From the IMG/VR virus record IMGVR_UViG_3300006925_000008, positions 33,369 to 97,368 of that record: 64,000 bases of DNA. One strand, given 5' to 3'. The position numbers were made by a program, and so were the translations under genes. Origin of the DNA: a virus. Under the pieces are notes generated by a model that made no database searches, was not told the origin of the DNA, and worked only from the letters and a program-made list of their open reading frames with translations. Below are positions 1 to 10,299 of the stretch, in pieces; the stretch's first letter is position 1; every line of letters begins with the position of its first letter.

Positions 1-608
1 GGTAATGCACCGCCTGCTTGGACGGTAAACTCACCCTTTGGAGGTAAATCAGATGGCCCCGCATTTTGAAATAAATCTCTAAAGTGGATTCTTAGCCTTG
101 AAGTTGTAGGTGCTGAAAATGATTGTCCAATGTATTCACTTTGTCCAGCCATATTGACATATCTAGCCCTCAAATACCTAGACATTCCTCTTTCGCCAAC
201 TTGCCTGACCCGCTGGCTGTTAATTTTAGCCGCAATTACTCTAGCCGCTTCTTCAGAACCGAGGTTATAACCTCCGCCGTTTGCCAAACTATATGCGGCT
301 AGGTCAACAATGATTACATTTGTAGTGTCACTTGTTGGCTGGGCGGGTATTGAAGCAGGGCCAGCATTTGCCATACAGGTTTTGATCAGAACCTGAAGCC
401 CCTGCCGCCATGATTGGGTGTTTATTCCGTATTGCCACCCCCCTGTTCCCGAAGCGGAATGTTCGTCGGTATATTCAGTATCGGGATAGGTGATGTGCAT
501 AGAGAACCACCCTGAAGCGGGGTATCCCGATGGACCGCCGAGCGGTTGAATCGATGCGGGATAGACCTGTTTACGGTCCATGAACCCCCTATCCGCCAAT
601 CCCGCCAT
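1..608 (-). CDS. Partial (N-terminal part) large tail-region protein, runs off the window
   Basis: ATG at 608, 2 nt after the stop of 611..6490. Translated by hand MAGLADRGFMDRKQVYPASIQPLGGP...; no stop seen in the part checked (to about 180). Missing from the ORF track, consistent with no in-window stop. Confidence 0.75.
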   Translation of the reverse strand, partial: MAGLADRGFMDRKQVYPASIQPLGGPSGYPASGWFSMHITYPDTEYTDEHSASGTGGWQYGINTQSWRQGLQVLIKTCMANAGPASIPAQPTSDTTNVIIVDLAAYSLANGGGYNLGSEEAARVIAAKINSQRVRQVGERGMSRYLRARYVNMAGQSEYIGQSFSAPTTSRLRIHFRDLFQNAGPSDLPPKGEFTVQAGGAL

Positions 609-610
609 AT

Positions 611-3600
611 TTACCACACTAACCTAGATGCATACAATCCTTGCGCTTCTAAAACCGTAAAAGCACGGTCCCACACGCCAATATGGGCCAGCGAACCATT
701 CTTCAGGAATATCGGACCCACATCGTTATGACCATCGGTGGCCGGAACAACTTGAGGAGTCCCATAAGTCGAGGAGCCAATAACGCTCGGAGCCTGATCG
801 AAATAGTGAGACCCATTATGGGGCGCACCGTGTAAGGCAACGCCAACAGTAGCCATGCAATTCCCCCTGACACCTTTCGTAGGGTCAACTGTCGATGGTT
901 GTCCGTTTTCCAATGGGACATAAGGATGGTCAGCAACTCCCTCGGATGTTGGTGAGCCTTGATGTTCATGCCGAGGGTATTTTGAGCCACCTGATGTTGT
1001 TGTGCGACTATTTGGTGCAGTGCCATCATAGAGAGCATCTTGGTCTGTCACCAAGAACGCCGATAAATCAACTCCGTCGATGATCAATTTACAAGTAGCC
1101 ATTGACAAGCCTGATTGGTTGCCGTCATGAACGAAAACACAGTGATGCCATTCATTATTTGTAATGTATAACGGCGAACCTCCGTGAGCGGCCATATATG
1201 CGGCAACATCAACATATGCGAATCTAGGTTGGCCGCTGGTTAAATCGGCATAGTGCAACGCAAAGTTGTATTCTTGATTCAAAGCCGAGGTATTTGCACC
1301 CCCCATCGAAACCCCCCAAGGTAAACCACTCGCATCAATTCCGTGAATTATTGGCCCTGACATCGCATCCGGTCCACCATTTATTGACATAAAAAAGAAT
1401 GAAACTGTAAATGGCTTCGACGCTGATAGCGGCCTATTCACCTCGGATGAAATCTCGCCTCCAATTCCACTTCTAGGCCCAAGGTGAGGCAGGGATGCAA
1501 AGGCCTCTCCGACACCCGTATTGTCCCAGTCATGACACACCAAGTATGGGTATCCGGTGGTTGGCCATGGCCCCGCACCTGTATGTCCTATGAATTGAAT
1601 AGGCCTAAACTTAGTGTGGCCTGTGGGCGAAGTTGCTGTCAGCGTTGCTTTTCCTGCGGGAACGCTTAACTTTTGATAACGACCATAAATCTCCTCTTTT
1701 AACACAGTTTCATCGTTTTGAGGATATGCCGCAGTGTATTCAGTCGTGTAACTCGCCGCATAGGGCAACGGGTTCTCTTCGACCATTGAAAGGTATAACA
1801 AGCAATCGTCAATAGGTTGACCAGTGGATGGTCTTATTCGTGATTTATGATGCAACCCTATGTATGAGTTTTCATTGATCGTATCGTGGTCTTTAATCAG
1901 CGTAAAGTCGAGGACCGCTGAAGCCTTATTCGTTTCATGTAAGTTTTGCATTCCTGCGAAGCCGGTGGGACCTTTTGAGTAGTGATGCCTGTATGAGTCG
2001 CTATAATCGTTTGAAGAACCATCGCTGACATCGACCATCACCCCCGTATGCCCGCCTCCAAAGAATAGGATTCCTTTTGAGTTGACCAATGGCCAAAGTA
2101 TCTCCACGCTCAATCCTAGAGCGTCTGTTTCAACCCCTAAACTGTCTTTAATGAATAGACTGTCGTAAAACTTCTCAATTTCAACCCATGGGGTGATATT
2201 TCGCAGGAGAACGCCATTTGTAATTCTCAATCCTTTGTTGCTCAACTGACTAATTCCTTCAAACCAAAACATCCTGCCATTTACCCTGCCAATCCCTCTA
2301 TTTGCCGCACTGATCTCCGAGCCAAGCGTCAGAAGGCCTTCATATGCACGATTATCAACAGCGATATAGTCTATCGGGGGGGAGTTGGCGGCATTGAAAC
2401 CTGCCAATGCGTGAAGACTCCCAAACATCGTCTGTCCGGTTGTAGGCCTTCTTGGGACCACCATTTTGATGTAATCGCCTGTTATTGTCGTGTCCTCGTC
2501 ATCATCACTAAGAGTCGGTTGAATCGTTGTTGTTACAATTGTTTGGCCGACCCCTGTATAAGACCGAATCTGCTCGTTATATGGTGAAAGTAAACGCCCA
2601 TGAGACCCGCCGGTAAATGTAGTGATAGGAACAAAGGTTTCACCATCAGAACCGATTGGTAAAGGTGCAGGGAATGAGTTTGCTTGATAATGAAGGCTAT
2701 TTGTCGCCAATAGACCCCCTGAACCAATACACGCAACCGGCTGATAGGGGTATGGGCTTCTGTTATCCAACCATATTGCGAAGTTACGAGCCGTAGCCCC
2801 CGGTATGGTGCTGTGAATTACAATTGTTTTGCCCTTTTCGCCGTTTCGACTTTCAACTTCTTTACCTTCAAAAGCCCTCACATAGCCCATATGAGAGCCG
2901 GTGTTACCCTCTCCAAGGTGGTCGAGGTCGAAATGATTTGGTGCGTCAAAAGCACTGAACCCGATGTCGTTTTTAGCGGCGGGGTGAGCCGCCAAGTTGA
3001 TTTTTCTGATTACTTCATCAAAGCATGAATTGAAGTCCTTCTTTGTAGTTGCTATTCCATTGAAATCTAAATCCATAGGCCTAATGTATTTTGTTGAAAG
3101 TCCATCGCTAGATTTGCCTTGAAGAGACAAAGCCGATGGTTTACAATCGACACCCAAAACCAGCGGGCGATCAGAAAAGGAATACAACGCCTCATCGCAA
3201 TCATAATCAAAAGCCTCCATAGAAGGAACCCCTCTTAGCCAATACTTGTTCACATTTGTCTCGTCACGAGTAATGTCTTGGCCCCCTGTTGCTGAAACTC
3301 CCCGTCCAAACAAAAACCCAATTTTATGTGCAATTGAATAAGCGATGTCCTCCTTTGTATGAGAATTGTGAGCCGAAACCGCTAGATTCCACGAGTCTGT
3401 TGCCAAGGAGGTCATACAAACATAACCGCCTAAGACAACAGTCATCCCCGGAGTAATGTCATTCAAACTCGCCGCCGCAATTGACGATGCCTCCGTTATA
3501 CGGTCTGTTTTTGACATCGACCAAAGTGCGTCAATAGTAAAGGTATTCCCCACTCTTGTAACCTTGGCAACATAACCCATTTTACCTCCAAGTAGCCCCT

Positions 3601-6490
3601 CTCCAATTGTTATGCAATGTATGCCTGTCAATGGCAAGTCGTTTAGTTGTAATCCTAATTCTGATAAAGAGTCCCAGCCATCCGCATTATCCACGGTAAT
3701 CGTGCTAGAAGGTCCATCAACGCTTTCAACAACCGCTGTAACGCTTGGGCGTTGGCATCTGATCAAAGGACGGTGGCGGGCCACTTCAGCCAATGCCCCA
3801 TAAGTCGATACGGTCAAACCGGGCTGACCACCGTCGCCAGTGGGTAAGGAATGCTTGTAAATTGAGTCTGTAACTTCAAAAGAGGACGCATATGCGTCAA
3901 TACCCCAGTCAATAGAAAAACGGCCCTCTTGATTCTTCATTTCAGGCCGGTTCATTGCCGTCATCGTGCAATCAATGGTCATGCCAAATCCTTTTTCTGT
4001 TGGCAATGGTTGATTGTCAGCATCGGGATAAAGAATCTTCTTTGTATCGTAAAACATCGAAGGGAATAGAGGCAATTCAACCAATGCTCTTGTCGATGCA
4101 TAATATGTTGAGGACTGTTTATCGTTTCTTACAGATGCATTCCCCGCCCCAACTATCCTGTCCTTCCATCCGGGGAAAATAGGGTGTTGTATTCGTGAAG
4201 GTTTTACATCAATAGCCCCCTGACCCGGACCTCCTAATGACAATGAAACGGTTGGCGTGCCTAAATCACCAATCTCTTTGAGGGGGGTCCCCTCCGACAA
4301 TTTGAAGTCCCTTTCTGTTTTCTGATCGGACAAATCCATGAGTAAAGAGCGGCCTCTAACTGTTATACCCGCACTCGCAGAAGTGCTAGTCCCCGGTTCA
4401 ATTTCTTCGATTCGTCCTTTCATGAGGGTATATTCCAAATGAACGAGGTGAGACTCGCTAGGGTTTGAAGGTTCAGTTATCAAACCGTCTAAACCGCCTC
4501 CAATCCCTCTTGAAGTCGGATGAACCAAGACTAGCAACTCTTCACTGGTAATGTCGTTATCAATGACATCAAACGCTCTATTTGATGCCGACGAGAACAC
4601 ACTGCTCTCTTTCTTTTTGATGTAATCTGATGACCCCGCACTCGATGACACCCTTAGAAGGTGGTAATCCGCCGAAGTGTCAGGGTCGGGGACCACCGTG
4701 CTGGGTATTGCCTTTGGACGGCCAAATCCTCGGTATGAATATCGATTATTGACAAGACAGTCATCAAGGTTGATAAAGGGTGAAGGAGTTATTTCACCAC
4801 TAGGAGCCGAAGTCAACACATTTGATTTTAGTGGCTTGTTTAGATTTTTAGCGGGTATCGATACAATACCGCCGGGTGCAATAATCTGAAAACCAATTTC
4901 AGATGCGGCTGGTGTTGCCCCTGAAATATCCCAAGGCCTCTTTAGAAGGTCAGCAAGTGGCCTGATTGCCCCTGTTGACATTTCATAGGCTTGACTTCCC
5001 GCTGGGAATGTTTTTCTGACAACTAAATGCCCTTTATGCTGACCGTCTCCTGTAATCCAAGGCTTGGCGTAATCATTTACAACAGTGTGCGGGTTTGCTA
5101 TACCCGTCCCTGCAACAACTTCGCCCGTCAAGTCAATAGCGTCATAATGAACCTCGATGATTGGAGGGACACCATTTGCGACTAAATATGCGGGGGTTGT
5201 GATCAAAGCAACTCTTGTGTTTTTGTCAGGAGTCAGGTGTTTGATATAAGCCTCGTTTGTAGGGATATATTTCACTGTTTCATTTGGGCCAATGTAATTC
5301 CCTGTTTTATGCTCTCTAAATTGAGCGTTATGGTTTATGTCTAATGACTTTAACATGAAAGGCTTGATGTCATCAACTGCAATAGCAATGATGTCATCAC
5401 AGGTGGATGAGGATAAATTGTAACCCCCCGCTCCAACTTGTTGAAACGCTCCTGATGAGTATTCACTAATTACCCTGTTATATGGAGAGGCGGGGGCTAG
5501 ACCCATAGTGCCAACAACAGATGAAGACTTATTCATAACACGATTTACTTCACCTTGATACACCATTTCAGTTACTTTCACCATATCGCTTTCGTTTATG
5601 ATGCTGTTAAGAGAGAGGTCATCTGATTCATAAGTGAAAGTGTCCGATATTCCTTGAACCGTCTTTTTCACATATTGAGCATCAGGCTGGGGCAATGATT
5701 TGAGATAAAACTCACCTTCAACAATTGAATATGATGTTACTCCCCCCATCGCCCCATAGGTCAATTCCGAATCGGGTTCGATCAGGACTCCCGTGTCGTC
5801 GGTTACTTTCATACCAAGGCTTGCGGGCGCACTCGGAGCATAGGGTGGCGGTGAAGGTTCTTCGGGTGGGGGTTCAGGGGGGTCAAACGGTTCTTCGGGG
5901 TCAGGGCCAATAGGGGGTGTTACAGGTGTGGATGTAGGTGGTTCTTCGGGTTCTTCAGGTGGTTCAGGTGGTTCAGGTGGTCCTTCGCCCCCCTCAAAAT
6001 TGTAAGTGCCTGTCATTAACGCCGCCATTATAGCATCAGGGTCCAGCATAAAGAGAGATTCAGCATTAGCAATGTTCCAATTTGATTTATCTTGGGGGTT
6101 CCCTCCAACTGAAGGAACGGCATGTGAAAGGTATGTTTTGTCAGGCGAGGTGGAGTCGGATGAATACCGAACCTCCAACTCCTCTATTGCGAATGCGCTG
6201 TTGCCAATTTGTTCTGAAATCATTCCCGCCGCTTCTGCGGGGGGGACTCCAAGACCTGATTCTTCATCGACCATGTAAGCGGCTAAACTGCCCAAACAAT
6301 GCCCTAGATGTGTGAGGTCAGTGCTGACTATATCTCTAAAAACATCATCATTCAATTCCGCCCAGTTGACCGGCAACTGATGAGGGGCCTCGGCTGACAT
6401 GAAAATACGACTGAAGTATTCCGTGAATATAGTAGGGAACAGCGTAGGTTCAAGTTGTTGGAGTTGTTGTTTTGTAAAAGCAAACGCCAT
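611..6490 (-). CDS. Large tail-tip/baseplate-region protein with C-terminal LamG/concanavalin-like domain
   Basis: 1959 aa, downstream of the tape measure. Pro/Glu linker near the N-terminus. C-terminal FTVSFFF...NNEWHHCVFVHDG...KLIIDG...IGVWDRAFT pattern is LamG-like. Confidence 0.65.
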   Translation of the reverse strand: MAFAFTKQQLQQLEPTLFPTIFTEYFSRIFMSAEAPHQLPVNWAELNDDVFRDIVSTDLTHLGHCLGSLAAYMVDEESGLGVPPAEAAGMISEQIGNSAFAIEELEVRYSSDSTSPDKTYLSHAVPSVGGNPQDKSNWNIANAESLFMLDPDAIMAALMTGTYNFEGGEGPPEPPEPPEEPEEPPTSTPVTPPIGPDPEEPFDPPEPPPEEPSPPPYAPSAPASLGMKVTDDTGVLIEPDSELTYGAMGGVTSYSIVEGEFYLKSLPQPDAQYVKKTVQGISDTFTYESDDLSLNSIINESDMVKVTEMVYQGEVNRVMNKSSSVVGTMGLAPASPYNRVISEYSSGAFQQVGAGGYNLSSSTCDDIIAIAVDDIKPFMLKSLDINHNAQFREHKTGNYIGPNETVKYIPTNEAYIKHLTPDKNTRVALITTPAYLVANGVPPIIEVHYDAIDLTGEVVAGTGIANPHTVVNDYAKPWITGDGQHKGHLVVRKTFPAGSQAYEMSTGAIRPLADLLKRPWDISGATPAASEIGFQIIAPGGIVSIPAKNLNKPLKSNVLTSAPSGEITPSPFINLDDCLVNNRYSYRGFGRPKAIPSTVVPDPDTSADYHLLRVSSSAGSSDYIKKKESSVFSSASNRAFDVIDNDITSEELLVLVHPTSRGIGGGLDGLITEPSNPSESHLVHLEYTLMKGRIEEIEPGTSTSASAGITVRGRSLLMDLSDQKTERDFKLSEGTPLKEIGDLGTPTVSLSLGGPGQGAIDVKPSRIQHPIFPGWKDRIVGAGNASVRNDKQSSTYYASTRALVELPLFPSMFYDTKKILYPDADNQPLPTEKGFGMTIDCTMTAMNRPEMKNQEGRFSIDWGIDAYASSFEVTDSIYKHSLPTGDGGQPGLTVSTYGALAEVARHRPLIRCQRPSVTAVVESVDGPSSTITVDNADGWDSLSELGLQLNDLPLTGIHCITIGEGLLGGKMGYVAKVTRVGNTFTIDALWSMSKTDRITEASSIAAASLNDITPGMTVVLGGYVCMTSLATDSWNLAVSAHNSHTKEDIAYSIAHKIGFLFGRGVSATGGQDITRDETNVNKYWLRGVPSMEAFDYDCDEALYSFSDRPLVLGVDCKPSALSLQGKSSDGLSTKYIRPMDLDFNGIATTKKDFNSCFDEVIRKINLAAHPAAKNDIGFSAFDAPNHFDLDHLGEGNTGSHMGYVRAFEGKEVESRNGEKGKTIVIHSTIPGATARNFAIWLDNRSPYPYQPVACIGSGGLLATNSLHYQANSFPAPLPIGSDGETFVPITTFTGGSHGRLLSPYNEQIRSYTGVGQTIVTTTIQPTLSDDDEDTTITGDYIKMVVPRRPTTGQTMFGSLHALAGFNAANSPPIDYIAVDNRAYEGLLTLGSEISAANRGIGRVNGRMFWFEGISQLSNKGLRITNGVLLRNITPWVEIEKFYDSLFIKDSLGVETDALGLSVEILWPLVNSKGILFFGGGHTGVMVDVSDGSSNDYSDSYRHHYSKGPTGFAGMQNLHETNKASAVLDFTLIKDHDTINENSYIGLHHKSRIRPSTGQPIDDCLLYLSMVEENPLPYAASYTTEYTAAYPQNDETVLKEEIYGRYQKLSVPAGKATLTATSPTGHTKFRPIQFIGHTGAGPWPTTGYPYLVCHDWDNTGVGEAFASLPHLGPRSGIGGEISSEVNRPLSASKPFTVSFFFMSINGGPDAMSGPIIHGIDASGLPWGVSMGGANTSALNQEYNFALHYADLTSGQPRFAYVDVAAYMAAHGGSPLYITNNEWHHCVFVHDGNQSGLSMATCKLIIDGVDLSAFLVTDQDALYDGTAPNSRTTTSGGSKYPRHEHQGSPTSEGVADHPYVPLENGQPSTVDPTKGVRGNCMATVGVALHGAPHNGSHYFDQAPSVIGSSTYGTPQVVPATDGHNDVGPIFLKNGSLAHIGVWDRAFTVLEAQGLYASRLVW

Positions 6491-9034
6491 CTAAATCACT
6501 CCGTATTTTTCAAGGAAATAAGCGTTTACCTCGACCATTTCAGTATCTGATAACGCTTTATCATAAATCATCCATTCGGCTATTCTAAAGTCCGTCACTG
6601 CACCAAAATTAGAGGTTGTAGCAAGACCTGTTGCGGGGTCAACCGCACTTGCATTGCCCAATAAACTGAATATCTGATCGTGAAAGTCAACAGCCGTCGC
6701 AATCGAACCATCACTAATTTGGTTATCCAACTTGACCCCGTGCGTCCATTCCTCGACTTTACTCGTGACTCCCGTTCCACTAATCCGAATACAAAGCAAT
6801 TGTGTTTGATTGGCGGAGGGAATCGGGAGAGCGGGCGGTATAACTCCGGCTGACGCATTTGAAAAGGTTCTGCTATTTGTCGGGAGGAGGTAATCAAGTG
6901 AAGTGAGGTTGGTCCCTCCCTGAACCGAAAAGACACGCAGGTTTGATGTAATGTCGTAAACAGGGTTTATCATCATAAAAATAGTGTATGAATCAGTTGG
7001 CGATGTCGTGAGTTTATTTGTTGTCGATGACCCGCCATTTACTAAGACCTTACCGTTTACGGAGGAACCTTGGACTTTGTAACAGGGTTGCCCATTGAAT
7101 AGGGTGTTACTAGACTCCCACGCCCAATCCCCGCCGTTTGTATCTCCAAAGAAGTCCATCTTGTTGCCTGAAAGGTCTTTGAAATGCCTGCAAAAAACAC
7201 CACTGTAATACAGTTTATGAGCGGCATTATGCCAAAAAATGAGATTCTTTTTTGGGGGGTCCTGACCCGCCGGGTTGTAATTTGTATCCCCCGCAGACAT
7301 CCACATCTGTGGCTGATTAAGGTGCGAGGGTATTACCTTGGGTGATCGACTTTGAATTGAAACCCAAAAAGCCTCGTTCTTATTCCCTGAAACATCCTTA
7401 AAACGCTGGCCCTGTGAAAACACAGCACGAGTATATGCGTCCTTTGGTCGTGTTTTTTGGCCCGGATTTGTGACCAAATCTGTCTTTTTCTCTCCGTCAT
7501 CGAAAACCAAATCTCCATTGCCTAGACAAATCCAAACAGGGGTGTCGTCATCATGGTGATACTTGAAACTAGAAAATCCGGGTCGGTTTTCAACGCCGCC
7601 GATACCGCTTGAACCGTTGGCGGTTTCATCACTAGCGGCATGGGTGGACACGCATAAAACCACATTTTGGGTGAAATCAATACCAATCACCCTGACTCTT
7701 TCAGTTGGGTTCGTCATTGGGTCTAAATCAGTGTCAACCCCCTTCGCTAATACTCTCTCAACCAAATACAATTCACTGCTTGGGGTGGTCGTGGGGTCCA
7801 TGTATGGCATCCGTAGTGAACCCGTTGAACCTTTGTGATATTTAGTGTCAGGGTGAGTCCCTGAATGATTTATGATCAAGTTTAGGTTTGATTGAGGGAT
7901 TCCCTGTAAAGACCCTGCGGGGTCAAGGTAATCAAATACATTAGAATTGCTTTGACCGCCTGTTACAGTAGTCTCGGAGGAGAATAACAGGTTCCCTCCA
8001 ACATACCATGACTGTTCTCTTATTTCTTCTAAAGGAATACCAGTGAATAAGGATGCCAACTTCTCCGTTGCTGAATATATGTCTTCTGTGGTTGAAAGGT
8101 TACGAGGCAATTCCCTCACTCTAAAGGTTCCGAGGCCTGACGGGTTCCCAGCGACACCAATTGTTTTGAAATCGTAACCAATCATTACTAGAGGTATGTC
8201 AAACATACCATCATCGGTTCCGGGTCCATCCCTCCCTTGAGTTGCACTCCCTGACTTTGAATTACTGAAAAACTTGACATCAGGAATCTCTATGTCATCA
8301 TTGAAATCCCAAAAGCCAATGCATTCGTCAATGTTTGTCAAAGGTTCAAGTTTAGGGGCCACTGTTCCACGGCTGATACGAATGCTTTCGATCAGGCCAC
8401 GATATTCTCCTCCTTTGCCTCCAATGAAAAGGTCTGAAGACTTTTGGTCCATTAGTCGTGAGTCCCCCCCAAATGACAATTCAGCGACTAAAGCAGTGTT
8501 CATGAATAGTTTGAGGCCATGGGTATTAAACTGTGCTGTAACCATCATAAGTGGTTGCTTATTGAATGTGTAGTCCTGTGGCTTAAGCCGGTTGTCTCCA
8601 TATTTATGCATGGTTGATGGGAGGAATGTGTCAATTGAAAAACTGGTTTCGACTGTAAAAGAATTGCCACCTGATATAATTGTGAATGAGATAGGCCCCG
8701 CTTGAGTCCCATTTACAGGGTCATATACTCCAAACGGGTTGCCAACTTGTAGTGAAAACTGGCCGTCTTTGGATACCACCATCCCGCCCATGTCAGGAAC
8801 CACATAAGCGTCTATGGTGAAAGCCCCTCTAAGTGTGTTCAATGGATTTGTTTCATTCGGGATATGTTCACGCCCCGTTCTTGTCGAATTACTATATTCG
8901 GTGGTGGGCGAAAACGAATAAGCAGGTCTATTCTTCTTTACACCCCGTTCTTTGAATGCCCCAGTTGGGACGACTAAGCCATCAGTAGTGCCATTCATAC
9001 GAATAGACTTGCCATAAAAACGATGAACACCCAT
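6491..9034 (-). CDS. Tail protein with LamG/concanavalin-like domains
   Basis: 847 aa; FTIDAYV...LKLFMN...LFIGG...YRGLIESIRIS and C-terminal IAEWMIYDKALSDTEMVEVNAYFLEKYG patterns; tail-module position. Confidence 0.65.
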   Translation of the reverse strand: MGVHRFYGKSIRMNGTTDGLVVPTGAFKERGVKKNRPAYSFSPTTEYSNSTRTGREHIPNETNPLNTLRGAFTIDAYVVPDMGGMVVSKDGQFSLQVGNPFGVYDPVNGTQAGPISFTIISGGNSFTVETSFSIDTFLPSTMHKYGDNRLKPQDYTFNKQPLMMVTAQFNTHGLKLFMNTALVAELSFGGDSRLMDQKSSDLFIGGKGGEYRGLIESIRISRGTVAPKLEPLTNIDECIGFWDFNDDIEIPDVKFFSNSKSGSATQGRDGPGTDDGMFDIPLVMIGYDFKTIGVAGNPSGLGTFRVRELPRNLSTTEDIYSATEKLASLFTGIPLEEIREQSWYVGGNLLFSSETTVTGGQSNSNVFDYLDPAGSLQGIPQSNLNLIINHSGTHPDTKYHKGSTGSLRMPYMDPTTTPSSELYLVERVLAKGVDTDLDPMTNPTERVRVIGIDFTQNVVLCVSTHAASDETANGSSGIGGVENRPGFSSFKYHHDDDTPVWICLGNGDLVFDDGEKKTDLVTNPGQKTRPKDAYTRAVFSQGQRFKDVSGNKNEAFWVSIQSRSPKVIPSHLNQPQMWMSAGDTNYNPAGQDPPKKNLIFWHNAAHKLYYSGVFCRHFKDLSGNKMDFFGDTNGGDWAWESSNTLFNGQPCYKVQGSSVNGKVLVNGGSSTTNKLTTSPTDSYTIFMMINPVYDITSNLRVFSVQGGTNLTSLDYLLPTNSRTFSNASAGVIPPALPIPSANQTQLLCIRISGTGVTSKVEEWTHGVKLDNQISDGSIATAVDFHDQIFSLLGNASAVDPATGLATTSNFGAVTDFRIAEWMIYDKALSDTEMVEVNAYFLEKYGVI

Positions 9035-9039
9035 TCATA

Positions 9040-10299
9040 TCACAGTCCCACAAGTTGCTCAACCGCCGCCATCGAAAGGTCGTAATTCCATACAGAATCA
9101 CCTGCTGAATATGATGGGTCAAATGAGGTTACGATTGCTGGGATAGCAATACCCTGTTGTAAGAAGGGATTTGGCCTGACCGTTTCCCCGTTTACAATGT
9201 CAACTGGGTCATACACGGAGGTGTTGGACTCCGCTGAAAAGTCGGTCCCCGGACCCGCAGGGATTAAGAATTGTCTCAAAACTTGTTGCCCGTTTGGGTC
9301 TGAAATGATCGACTCGTAAGGAATCCTGATTCCTATAATGTATTTTTGAACGGCTTTACTTTCACTTATTCTTAAAAATTGGGCAGTATCAACTGAAGCA
9401 ATGGAGTCAGGTAAATCGATAAGACTCCCCGTCAGAACCTGTGGGCTGATGAGCGCACCGCCGGGACTAGGGTTTGAAATCATATTCATCAGGTCTTGCA
9501 GTTTGTCTCCTTTTGTCATTTTCAATGCGGCCACGCCGCCCGTGAGGTTGGATATGAGGAATGGATTTGGCCAGTCTTGGCCAGCACCGCCAATGGTCGA
9601 ATCTGACTGTTTGATGACAGTATGATTGCTATGTGACCCTGTTTTTACATTTGACAGGGTAATCTTTTCACCTGTCGTGAAATTACCTTCGACGCTGTTC
9701 TGTGCGTGATACGAAATAGCATCAGCCTGCCCTAAACCTTGAGCCACTGTCATTTCAGATGTGAATAAAACCGGAATAGAACCAACATGTATTGATGCGG
9801 CATTTAGTGCCAGTCTGATCGCAGTTGCCACGGTTTCAGTATCGGTGGTCGAAGAGACATCGACATTGATAATCGACTTGTTTGCGATTGTATTAGCCAC
9901 TGCGCCATTAGTGAAGCGGATAGTAAAGTTTTCATTGAGTCCGGCGGCTAATTGGCCAGCCGTTGAAGCGACAACCTCTTTTCCAAACAACAAACCTTTT
10001 GCATAATTCCACGAGGGGGTCCTAAGTGAACCAAACCATGTTGACCCAAGTGAGGACCCACCCGACAGGGACAGGTCAAGCATCATAGAAGAACCAACGC
10101 CAGCAGAACCGTTTGAATCGTCTGATAGAATGCCAGTTACTTTGATTATGATGTTTGTTTGATTTAGGTCAAGAGCGGCACGAGTTGCTAAGACAGGTAA
10201 TGCATGAACAGCAACCATCCTTTGAAAACTGAATGCAATCTCCTCGGCTTCTAACTCAATGACACTGCCGTCTCTCCTAATGAGTTGAATCTTGGGCAT
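9040..10299 (-). CDS. Putative distal tail/baseplate hub protein
   Basis: Immediately after the tape measure; beta-rich termini with a central insertion. Positional call. Confidence 0.45.
   Translation of the reverse strand: MPKIQLIRRDGSVIELEAEEIAFSFQRMVAVHALPVLATRAALDLNQTNIIIKVTGILSDDSNGSAGVGSSMMLDLSLSGGSSLGSTWFGSLRTPSWNYAKGLLFGKEVVASTAGQLAAGLNENFTIRFTNGAVANTIANKSIINVDVSSTTDTETVATAIRLALNAASIHVGSIPVLFTSEMTVAQGLGQADAISYHAQNSVEGNFTTGEKITLSNVKTGSHSNHTVIKQSDSTIGGAGQDWPNPFLISNLTGGVAALKMTKGDKLQDLMNMISNPSPGGALISPQVLTGSLIDLPDSIASVDTAQFLRISESKAVQKYIIGIRIPYESIISDPNGQQVLRQFLIPAGPGTDFSAESNTSVYDPVDIVNGETVRPNPFLQQGIAIPAIVTSFDPSYSAGDSVWNYDLSMAAVEQLVGL

Noticed and set aside
5780-5990. Short tandem repeats (also ~25108-25160 and 29977-30012) as functional DNA elements
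   Set aside because: They encode Pro/Glu, Gly/Ala and Gln/Gly linkers in frame.
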